A stretch of DNA of 20,000 bases. Source: an uncultured virus (IMG/VR IMGVR_UViG_3300014819_001231) (lineage: Duplodnaviria > Heunggongvirae > Uroviricota > Caudoviricetes). The DNA lies in the IMG/VR virus record IMGVR_UViG_3300014819_001231; one strand, given 5' to 3'. Of the stretch, positions 9,149 through 16,353 are shown one piece after another. Below the pieces are notes generated by a model. It was not told the DNA's origin. It worked only from the letters and a program-made list of their open reading frames with translations, and searched no databases. Position 1 is the stretch's first letter. Each line of letters starts with the position of its first letter. The position numbers and the translations under genes are program-made.

Positions 9149-10290
9149 TATTCACTTTTCACAGAAGAAGCAGATGGGGGAGTAATAGTTGTAGCTTTGC
9201 TTTCACCACTTGCTCCTCCGTCAACAGAGAAGAAACTTTTAAGATTTGCTTTGGCATCATTATTTTCAAACCCATAAGTTTTTCCAATCATAAGCGCATA
9301 TTTTGCTTTTAAAATTTCATTTGCATAAGCTTGCGGAATTCTTGTTGTAATCAAATCTACCATATTTTGTATTTTTGATTTACTTGCAGAATTAGAACTC
9401 GCAGCGATCAAAGAATATATAGGCCCGAGTTCCCTTTGATAAATACTAGCTATTTGAGAATAAATTGTAACTAATTGCAATGCATAAACGGTCACGGGCC
9501 CTAATCCTTTCATGGTATTAAAGGATGAAGCAACATCCTGGCAAATTTTGCATCCTTGAACACCTAAATCAATGATTTCTTCGTAGCATTCTATAATGCT
9601 TTTTCCTGATGGACCTGGCATCAAAAGAATATCCATTTGTTTTGTCTGGCTATTATAATTGTAACTCATGGTTTTATAGCCCGCTAGTAATTGTGTATAA
9701 TCTAATCCAAACTTACTTAGAGCTTCTTCCGTGACCTTAGCGCTTTGGGCGGCCTTGGTCACCGCCTCTATTTTAGGCCAAAAATCTAAAATAGATAGAG
9801 AAGATTGGCGATATTCTTCGAATATATTTTTATAATCTTGATAATCTGCTTTTACCTGGTCTGTACTTACGTTTTTTGTTATATCAGTAGCAATGCTAGC
9901 AATTGTGCAAGCACTCATATATTTGGGTTGAAAAGAAAAAATTTGGCATTGGTCTTGGTCTAATTTTAGTTTATCAGCCGTAGCCTGCAATTTAGTTACA
10001 AGCTCTGCTTTTTTATTTTGCATAACAGTAAGCTTATTCATTATGTCAGCGGCCCAAGGATTATTTTTTAAAAAATCCTCAAAACTTTTTCCATCACTGT
10101 TTTTTTCTTTAGCATCAGGTTGTGTGCCTGTAGTTTTGGCATCAGGGTTTGTACCAGCGTCTTGTGGACCCCATCTAGGTTTTTTATTAGCATCAGGTTG
10201 TGTGCCTGTAGTTTTGGCATCAGGGTTTGTACCAGCGCCTTGTGGACCCCATCTAGGTTCTTTATTTTCTTCTGCTCTTCTAAAAATCAT
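9148..10290 (-). CDS. Hypothetical alpha-helical protein with N-terminal 26-aa tandem repeat (possible head-internal/ejection protein), 380 aa
   Basis: Starts 1 nt after the upstream TAA. Two copies of PRWGPQxAGTNPDAKTTGTQPDA, then an A/Q/K-rich helical-looking body. Confidence 0.75.
   Translation of the reverse strand: MIFRRAEENKEPRWGPQGAGTNPDAKTTGTQPDANKKPRWGPQDAGTNPDAKTTGTQPDAKEKNSDGKSFEDFLKNNPWAADIMNKLTVMQNKKAELVTKLQATADKLKLDQDQCQIFSFQPKYMSACTIASIATDITKNVSTDQVKADYQDYKNIFEEYRQSSLSILDFWPKIEAVTKAAQSAKVTEEALSKFGLDYTQLLAGYKTMSYNYNSQTKQMDILLMPGPSGKSIIECYEEIIDLGVQGCKICQDVASSFNTMKGLGPVTVYALQLVTIYSQIASIYQRELGPIYSLIAASSNSASKSKIQNMVDLITTRIPQAYANEILKAKYALMIGKTYGFENNDAKANLKSFFSVDGGASGESKATTITPPSASSVKSE
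10109..10264. repeat. Tandem 78-bp duplication (2 copies, 2 mismatches), in frame within the 380-aa gene
   Basis: 10109-10186 and 10187-10264 differ only at 10160/10238 and 10182/10260. Each unit has an internal 27-bp-period sub-repeat (GTNPDA / GTQPDA). Confidence 0.95.
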
Positions 10291-10291
10291 T

Positions 10292-11254
10292 TTAAGTTTG
10301 TTTTCCTATTTGTGACAAAGCCTGTCCTGCAAAACCTTTTGGCCCAACCGCCCCGCCCCAAACTGCCAATTTGTTAATAATGGTATGCCAGACAGGTGAA
10401 TCAATCAAATTAAGAATCCACGGGCCCACGTTCTTAACTAGTTCTCTTTCAAATTGTGCGCGTTCCCTGGCAAGATTAAGGTGTATGTTATAAGCTTTTT
10501 CACTTAAAGCCAATTTATCAAACGTTGCCTTGGCTGTTTCATTCATAGCATCATCAATATTCAATACATCCAGAGATCGTTTTCCGAGAATGTCAATGGC
10601 AGATTGCATAGTTTCGCCATATTCTTTTCTTACTGAAGATAAGTCTTTTTCCCCCACACTCATCATCAATTTAAACATTATGGCACCAAAATAATTGTTA
10701 TTGATTATATCAATAACATAATTTACCATTATTGGATTTGTTGCTTCCTTTTCTAATTTTTGTAATTGTTGTTTAGTTCCATTTACATCATATCCACTTC
10801 TTTGGTAGTAATTAAAAACCCAATCTAGGCTTTTATTTACAAAATCTGGATATTTTGCTTTAACAAATGCACCCTGGACCAGAAAATTTTTCAATTCTTG
10901 GGCTATTTTAAAAGCACCTTCTGGACCATTTCCAGCAAGCATATTCCCGCCATCAGAACCTTCAAAAAAAAACTGAAGTTGCCGTGGATCTGTATATTTT
11001 GGGTCTGTACATCCTGGGTCCACTGCTCTTATAGTATTAGCAAGATCCTGATATATTCTCTTTCTTGCTTTTATAATATCAGGCTCTCTTTCGCCAGATT
11101 GTATAGCGCTTTGGCCTTGGCTAATTATATCACCTATGCCTTTTTTTACGGTTTCGCACAATCCAAAGCCAGCACCTTCTGTTGCAGCACCAATTACAGC
11201 GCAAATTCCATCTCCAACCAATCCACCAATATTAATCCCGGCTTCTTTTTTCAT
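10292..11254 (-). CDS. Hypothetical helical protein with Gly-rich hydrophobic ends (possible ejection/membrane-interacting virion protein), 320 aa
   Basis: TAATG overlap with the upstream gene. N-terminal INIGGLVGDGICAVIGAATEGAGFGL and C-terminal LAVWGGAVGPKGFAGQALSQIG segments. Confidence 0.75.
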   Translation of the reverse strand: MKKEAGINIGGLVGDGICAVIGAATEGAGFGLCETVKKGIGDIISQGQSAIQSGEREPDIIKARKRIYQDLANTIRAVDPGCTDPKYTDPRQLQFFFEGSDGGNMLAGNGPEGAFKIAQELKNFLVQGAFVKAKYPDFVNKSLDWVFNYYQRSGYDVNGTKQQLQKLEKEATNPIMVNYVIDIINNNYFGAIMFKLMMSVGEKDLSSVRKEYGETMQSAIDILGKRSLDVLNIDDAMNETAKATFDKLALSEKAYNIHLNLARERAQFERELVKNVGPWILNLIDSPVWHTIINKLAVWGGAVGPKGFAGQALSQIGKQT

Positions 11255-11454
11255 TATTTTGTTATTAAATAAGATGCAGTTTCACATTTTTCACATTTAC
11301 ATTTAATTGCATTTTTTCCATTCTTAAATTTTACATCTTCATATTCATTAGATTTGAAATGATCGCGACATTTCACACAATAAAAATGTACAAATTTTTC
11401 ATGCCGCTTTATAGATTCCGATGTACTTGTGATAATTCTATTCATGAATTGCAC
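11254..11454 (-). CDS. DUF5679-like small zinc-finger protein (start GTG 11454 or ATG 11445)
   Basis: FYCVKCRDHF...VKFKNGKNAIKCKCEKCETASYLI matches the YCVKC...KNG+xAxKGxCxxCGT pattern of DUF5679 proteins. Its stop overlaps the next ATG. Confidence 0.75.
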   Translation of the reverse strand: MQFMNRIITSTSESIKRHEKFVHFYCVKCRDHFKSNEYEDVKFKNGKNAIKCKCEKCETASYLITK

Positions 11455-11730
11455 CTAACAATAAATGATTATAAAAGTACAATAGATTGTCCTTGTGGCA
11501 AAGGTGAAATGAAAAGAATTTACGATTCTTTTGCAACAAAAGAAGGAAGAACAAATAATCAGAAAAATTTAGGAGCTACAGAAAAAAGATTAGATTCTGG
11601 TCGTTGGATGAAAGAAGAGACAAAGAAAAGAAAAAACCACGCTCCACCAGATTCAAGAGAGAATCAATCAAACGAATATTGGCTTGGTAATGAGTTTAAA
11701 AAAGGTGATAAAAAGCTCACGGATTTTTAA
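11401..11730 (+). CDS. FmdB-family-like zinc ribbon protein, 109 aa (start re-assigned to ATG 11401)
   Basis: MPLYRFRCTC...HELH...IDCPCGKGEMKRIYDS fits the MPxYxYxCxxC...CPxCG...xRxxS FmdB pattern, which normally begins at the initiator Met. Basic C-terminal extension. Confidence 0.8.
   Translation: MPLYRFRCTCDNSIHELHLTINDYKSTIDCPCGKGEMKRIYDSFATKEGRTNNQKNLGATEKRLDSGRWMKEETKKRKNHAPPDSRENQSNEYWLGNEFKKGDKKLTDF
11455..11494 (-). promoter_or_regulatory. Candidate promoter for the leftward operon, embedded antisense in the FmdB-like CDS
   Basis: Minus strand reads AAGG ACAATCTATTGTACTTTTA TAATC ATTTATTGTTAG GTG. AGG-N19-TAA spacing; it also contains a TATAAT hexamer. Confidence 0.35.
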
Positions 11731-11745
11731 TTGTACAATCAGTGT

Positions 11746-12585
11746 ATGGAAAAATTCAACACAGTGATTAATCAGGAGCCTGAATCCTTTATTGTCCAAA
11801 ACTGTACTCTTTCTTATCATTTTGTTAGTGATATTGGCCTTTCTTTTGCTCCCAAAGAGGTGAAGGATTTAACCTGGGAAGACCCCACTATTATCAAGAA
11901 ATCAAGAAATTTAAAAGATGCTTTGAGAATGGGATATTTAATTAAACTTACACCAGAGCAATATGAAAAAACTTTAGATCTTCAATATAAAAAAGAGAAA
12001 AAGCAGCTCGAAAGAGATCAGCAACGAAAAGCCACATATTCTAAGCAAAAAAACCAAAAAGGTAATGACATGGTAGCCGAAACAATGGACCTTGAAAAAG
12101 CAAGTAGAAAAAATGTGAATGAATTAGATATTACAGGCACCGCAAACCACCCGATGTCTGTGGTTCAAGCTTATGCCATTGCAGCTTCAAAAGCTCAAGA
12201 TAAAGGAGACGTTCTTACAGCGGAAGAATTCTTGCAGTTTGTTGAACAGCATCCTAATGTCGTGGCAAAACTTCTTTCAGAAACCAGAGTGGCGACAGCA
12301 AGCACAAAAGGTCAAGCTTACTATGCTCAACCTCGCGGAGATGTGAATTCAGAAACTGGTGTTATGAAAGCTAATATGCGTAACATCAATCGTGACATGC
12401 TTAACCTAGGCGATGATCCAGATTATGAATCGGTTGAAGAAAAAATGTTTGGCATTCTCGATGTTGAAGATTTTGGGGAAATCGACGAATATGGTCTTGA
12501 AAAAAATTATTTTGAATTAACTGAAGATATTGAATTCGACGAAGATCAAGATTTTGCTGAAGAAATTATTATTGACGAAGAGTAG
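11746..12585 (+). CDS. Hypothetical phage protein with highly acidic C-terminal tail (279 aa from ATG 11746; TTG 11731 alternative)
   Basis: Ordered N-terminal domain (FIVQN...VSDIGLSFAPKEVKDL...SRNLKDALRMGYL), charged helical middle, tail ...ELTEDIEFDEDQDFAEEIIIDEE. Confidence 0.8.
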   Translation: MEKFNTVINQEPESFIVQNCTLSYHFVSDIGLSFAPKEVKDLTWEDPTIIKKSRNLKDALRMGYLIKLTPEQYEKTLDLQYKKEKKQLERDQQRKATYSKQKNQKGNDMVAETMDLEKASRKNVNELDITGTANHPMSVVQAYAIAASKAQDKGDVLTAEEFLQFVEQHPNVVAKLLSETRVATASTKGQAYYAQPRGDVNSETGVMKANMRNINRDMLNLGDDPDYESVEEKMFGILDVEDFGEIDEYGLEKNYFELTEDIEFDEDQDFAEEIIIDEE

Positions 12586-12591
12586 CGGAAA

Positions 12592-12626
12592 TAGGCATAT
12601 CTATCTTGTTTCTTTAAAAAAGAGAT
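12592..12626 (+). promoter_or_regulatory. Candidate phage promoter (AGG-N19-TAAAA)
   Basis: TAGG CATATCTATCTTGTTTCTT TAAAA AAGAGAT ATG within a 41-nt intergenic gap. Confidence 0.4.
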
Positions 12627-14669
12627 ATGCCTAGCGCTGTTCCATTTCAAACTGGTTTAATTGGTCAATATAATAATGCATCATCTCCAGGTGTGTACGT
12701 CTCATGGGATGCAAATACATCTTTTAATTCTGTTTATTCTTTGATCTTTAGTGGAATAGCTAATTTAAATTTTAAATTTCCTTTAATTGCATCTACATAC
12801 AAAAGCTCTGGAAATTCTGTGAATCTGGGAAGACAAACCCTTTTAACATCTGGCACAAATTATATTTTTGCTGTGGATTATAATTCTGCCACAAAAAATT
12901 TAATTGTGCTCACTACATTAGGCGATACATTTTCTACAGTTACAGTTAAATCATTAACAACGCAATCTGTACCCACTCAAATGAAATGCACCACGATCAA
13001 TGGTGTAGATTATCTGTTGGTGGGATACACCACATCATTTGATGTATATTCAGTGGTTGGCTCAACCATCACTGCGCTTAATGCAATTCCTTTTAGCAAT
13101 TGTGTTTCTTCTGGTTTAGGAAGTTATACTGGTTATGATTTTGATGTCTTTCAATCAATTTTGTATTTTTCAATTAACAATTTGGTCAATGCTGTAGCCC
13201 TGACCGTAAGCGCTGGGAACCTCATCGCTTCCTATAGCGGGCCAATTGCAACAACAGGTACTAATAGTCTTCTTAATAATCCTAAAAAGATTGCAATATA
13301 CGAAAATGATAAACTTGCAATAATTGACACAGCAAATATTGTATACGAGTTTACAAATCCAGGTGGCGAAGGCACTAATGCATATACTTTTGGCTTTTCT
13401 TTATCACCAAATGCCTCTCAAACATATTCTGCAATTATTTATAACCATTCAGGTTTAATAATTACCACAGATACATATAATGACGCAATTTACTTGATAG
13501 CTGGATCAAATGTGACAATTAACACCAAAAGCTATGGAACATTTGATGGATATTCTTATCAAGTAATTTCTTCATCTTCCACAACATCATATACTGGATC
13601 ATTTGTAAATAAAGCAGGATCGCCAGGTGTGGCTTATCTTCAATTTAACAATCCTTCATGTATCGTGGAAGATCAAAATTATAATTTAATTATTGGTGAT
13701 TACAATGATCGGCTTACATATTTTCCCACTCAGCTTAACTATTTAGGGATGCTGGAAGCCCCGCTCACCGAGTATATAGATCCAAATGGGGGCCCTGAAA
13801 CGGTATATTACATCAAACAGTCCACAGCTAATTATTCCACTGTATTCTCAATTCCACCAATTTCTGGCGATGAGCTTTTAATTAAATCTAGCGTTTTGTA
13901 TGAATTGAATTCTTTGCTTCGAGTGCCAATTTACGATGAAGAACTTTTATTTGGCTTTTCGCGCCAATCCGCCACATTAGCTCATGGAGATATCGTCACT
14001 GATCCCGCACCACAGGTTAGAATTAGTGTAAGCACAAATCAAGGACAAAGATCGTCCATGTATGTTTTAGACCCGTATTCTCCTATTTACTCAACATTGG
14101 ACCAATCCAATAGCGATCCATTTGATATATCCACAACAAACAATAATTATCCAAATGGTTTATTTTATAGATTTACTAACGAAGGAAAGCTTTACTTCTA
14201 TGACAACTATGGCAATCCAGTAAGCATACAAGAATATGATGTAATTTTAGTTACATATTATGTTAAACTTTTTACTAATGCCCAAATAAACAATGCTCTT
14301 TACTTAGCTCTTCAAGCGATTAATGCACAACCGGGTTTGAATAAGATTTATAGCGTGGCCTCCACGCCATTCTGGTATGATCAAGCTCTTGTATCTGGTG
14401 CCACTTATTACCTTTTAAGACAGCTTTTGGTGGGATTAAATTCGAGAGAAAGAAGATTACTTGTGCAAGACCCAGAACAAGGTGGCTTTGATGCAATCAA
14501 CAGCTTAAAAGATACAGCAAAAATGTATCAAGAAGAATTTAATGAATTGCTTAAAAAACTTCCAATTGCGAAAAGGCCAACAATGGGATCTATATCTGTA
14601 CCAGAATATGCAATGCCGGGAAGCCGCACAAGATTATTCCGTGCTTTGTGGACCTCGGGCGCTTCTTAG
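12627..14669 (+). CDS. Putative neck/head-tail adaptor-like virion protein with N-terminal NHL-repeat beta-propeller region, 680 aa
   Basis: NHL-like repeats LNNPKKIAIYENDKLAIIDTAN and FNNPSCIVEDQNYNLIIGDYNDRL. C-terminal helical domain FTNAQINNALYLALQAINAQP...PFWYDQALVSGATYYLL...YQEEFNELLKKL resembles head-tail adaptor proteins. Confidence 0.6.
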   Translation: MPSAVPFQTGLIGQYNNASSPGVYVSWDANTSFNSVYSLIFSGIANLNFKFPLIASTYKSSGNSVNLGRQTLLTSGTNYIFAVDYNSATKNLIVLTTLGDTFSTVTVKSLTTQSVPTQMKCTTINGVDYLLVGYTTSFDVYSVVGSTITALNAIPFSNCVSSGLGSYTGYDFDVFQSILYFSINNLVNAVALTVSAGNLIASYSGPIATTGTNSLLNNPKKIAIYENDKLAIIDTANIVYEFTNPGGEGTNAYTFGFSLSPNASQTYSAIIYNHSGLIITTDTYNDAIYLIAGSNVTINTKSYGTFDGYSYQVISSSSTTSYTGSFVNKAGSPGVAYLQFNNPSCIVEDQNYNLIIGDYNDRLTYFPTQLNYLGMLEAPLTEYIDPNGGPETVYYIKQSTANYSTVFSIPPISGDELLIKSSVLYELNSLLRVPIYDEELLFGFSRQSATLAHGDIVTDPAPQVRISVSTNQGQRSSMYVLDPYSPIYSTLDQSNSDPFDISTTNNNYPNGLFYRFTNEGKLYFYDNYGNPVSIQEYDVILVTYYVKLFTNAQINNALYLALQAINAQPGLNKIYSVASTPFWYDQALVSGATYYLLRQLLVGLNSRERRLLVQDPEQGGFDAINSLKDTAKMYQEEFNELLKKLPIAKRPTMGSISVPEYAMPGSRTRLFRALWTSGAS

Positions 14670-14693
14670 TTCAAAATTTGAATTTTTCACCAT

Positions 14694-14727
14694 ATTTTTA
14701 CAACTAGTGAAAGTTGGAAAAATTTTT
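14694..14727 (+). terminator. Imperfect AT-rich inverted repeat followed by a T-run; possible terminator or operator
   Basis: ATTTTTACAACT-agtgaa-AGTTGGAAAAAT (11/12 paired) then TTTT, in the largest intergenic gap. The stem is weak. Confidence 0.35.
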
Positions 14728-14763
14728 GAAGATGTAGGAGTTTTATTAACAAAAATTCTTAAA

Positions 14764-14798
14764 AAGGGGCAAGATTGTTTTTTCGCAAATATATAATT
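14764..14798 (+). promoter_or_regulatory. Candidate promoter for the protease cassette (AGG-N18-CAAAT, TATAAT adjacent to ATG)
   Basis: AAGG GGCAAGATTGTTTTTTCG CAAAT ATATAATT ATG. Confidence 0.4.
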
Positions 14799-15722
14799 AT
14801 GTCAGAAAAAATAACTTTTATCCCTGATTTACGAGACAAAATTATCAATATCGTATCGGTCTTATCCCAGGAACAAAACTGGGGTTTGGGTTTTGTTGAA
14901 GTGGAAGAAGCTTGGAAACACAGCAAAGGAGAAAATGTTAAGGTCGCCATACTTGACACTGGGTGGTTCCCTCATAAAGACTTAATTGGAAATTTTGTTC
15001 AAGGGTATGATGCCACAGGAAATAATGACTATTTGGATCATGGCAATTTTCATGCAGTTCATGTTGCAGGAATAATCGCGGCCAATTCTAATTCAGATTC
15101 ATTTGGCGTGACAGGTATAGCGCCAATGGCAAAATTGGTACCAATAAAAGTTTTAGATAATTCTGGTAGCGGTTCTTATGATTATGTCAGACAAGGATTA
15201 GAAATTGTCAGAAATATTGACGTGGATGTAGTTAATATGTCATTAGGAGCAAGCATAGTGCCGAGTGATGATAGCTTACATCAAGTGATTAAAGACATAG
15301 TTAATCAAGGCAAAATCATTGTTTGTGCAGCTGGCAACGACGGAGGCGCAGTTAATTATCCAGCAAAATACGACGAAACAATCGCTGTAGCTGCAGTTCA
15401 AAACGATGGTTCAATGGCAAGATTTTCTTCTCGCGGTCCAGAGCTAGATACAGCAGCACCAGGAGTGCATATTTATTCCACCTGGGGCAACAATCAGTAT
15501 ATTAATTTGGACGGCACAAGCATGGCTGCGCCATGTATTTCAGGAATTGTATCTTTGATTGTATCTTGGAAAAAATCAATTGGAAGACAATCTGAAATTA
15601 ATTACAAAGAAATGATTAAAATTTTGCAAGACTTGGGCTCAAAGGATACAACACACAGAATTGTCGCGCCAGGTCAGTACGATATCGCTGTTCCAGAATT
15701 TTGTAATATGAAATGGGAGTAA
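14799..15722 (+). CDS. Subtilisin-like S8 serine peptidase, intracellular (ISP-like) type, 307 aa from ATG 14799
   Basis: Catalytic motifs VKVAILDTG (Asp), HAVHVAGIIAA (His), AAGNDG (oxyanion Asn) and GTSMAAP (Ser). No signal peptide or I9 propeptide. Confidence 0.95.
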   Translation: MSEKITFIPDLRDKIINIVSVLSQEQNWGLGFVEVEEAWKHSKGENVKVAILDTGWFPHKDLIGNFVQGYDATGNNDYLDHGNFHAVHVAGIIAANSNSDSFGVTGIAPMAKLVPIKVLDNSGSGSYDYVRQGLEIVRNIDVDVVNMSLGASIVPSDDSLHQVIKDIVNQGKIIVCAAGNDGGAVNYPAKYDETIAVAAVQNDGSMARFSSRGPELDTAAPGVHIYSTWGNNQYINLDGTSMAAPCISGIVSLIVSWKKSIGRQSEINYKEMIKILQDLGSKDTTHRIVAPGQYDIAVPEFCNMKWE

Positions 15723-15723
15723 A

Positions 15724-15759
15724 ATGCCAGATAAAATGCCAGATAAAGTTTCAGACAAA
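15724..15759 (+). repeat. 12-bp tandem repeat spanning the start codon (MPDK MPDK VSDK)
   Basis: ATGCCAGATAAA x2 exact, followed by degenerate GTTTCAGACAAA. Confidence 0.85.
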
Positions 15760-16350
15760 ATACAACAAGTGATTCAAGATTCTGTACCGGCTTCTTGTTC
15801 AATTTATGTAAAAACTAGAAAAAAATCTTGGTCTGGAAGCGGATTTCATATTGGGAATGGTTATGTTGTCACTGCTAGTCATGTTGCTCCTCCAGAATTA
15901 CAAGATTTTGGTGAAATAAATTTAACATTCGATCAGAAAATACTTTATTCTGCTAAAGTTTTTAAAACAGACCCTAATATTGATGCAGCAATATTAAAAA
16001 TTCAAGGAGATTACTCTGGCATATCTTCAGTGGCGCTGGCTAATTCAGACACTTTAGAATTAGGCGAAACTGTAGCAGTAATTGGCGCTCCCGAAGGTTG
16101 GCACGACACTGTTAGTGTAGGGAGAATTTCAAATTTCCATCAATCAATGGGAGGCTCAGCCCCTTCTCCGGCATGGAATGATGTGATATTTGTTGATGCA
16201 AAGATTTTACAAGGCGTGAGTGGTGGCATGTGCGTTACTACTGATGGCTTGGTTATTGGGTCTGTTATTGGAGTAACTGGAGCGCTCGCAAATTTAGGTA
16301 TAGGCGAGAACGTCTTATGTCCATCTAACAAAATACTTTCTCTGATGTAA
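15724..16350 (+). CDS. Trypsin-like (HtrA/S1C-type) serine protease, protease domain only, 208 aa
   Basis: SGSGFHIGNGYVVTASHV (His), DAAILKI (Asp), VDAKILQGVSGG (Ser), plus HtrA-like LGETVAVIGAPEG...TVSVGRIS. No signal/TM segment and no PDZ. Confidence 0.93.
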   Translation: MPDKMPDKVSDKIQQVIQDSVPASCSIYVKTRKKSWSGSGFHIGNGYVVTASHVAPPELQDFGEINLTFDQKILYSAKVFKTDPNIDAAILKIQGDYSGISSVALANSDTLELGETVAVIGAPEGWHDTVSVGRISNFHQSMGGSAPSPAWNDVIFVDAKILQGVSGGMCVTTDGLVIGSVIGVTGALANLGIGENVLCPSNKILSLM

Positions 16351-16353
16351 ATT

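Noticed and set aside
10109..10264. CRISPR array or DGR template/variable repeat pair
   Set aside because: The copies are directly adjacent with no spacers, lie in frame at a protein N-terminus, have only two mismatches, and there is no cas or reverse transcriptase gene in the window.
11359..11400. Upstream starts given by the track for the FmdB-like gene (11359) and similarly TTG 14775 for the S8 gene
   Set aside because: The family pattern MPxY places the start at 11401. The 14775-14798 segment coincides with the candidate promoter, and ATG 14799 gives an ISP-like N-terminus.
11728..11748. Read-through fusion of the FmdB-like ORF with the in-frame downstream ORF
   Set aside because: TAA followed by T is an efficient stop, and an ATG is available at 11746.
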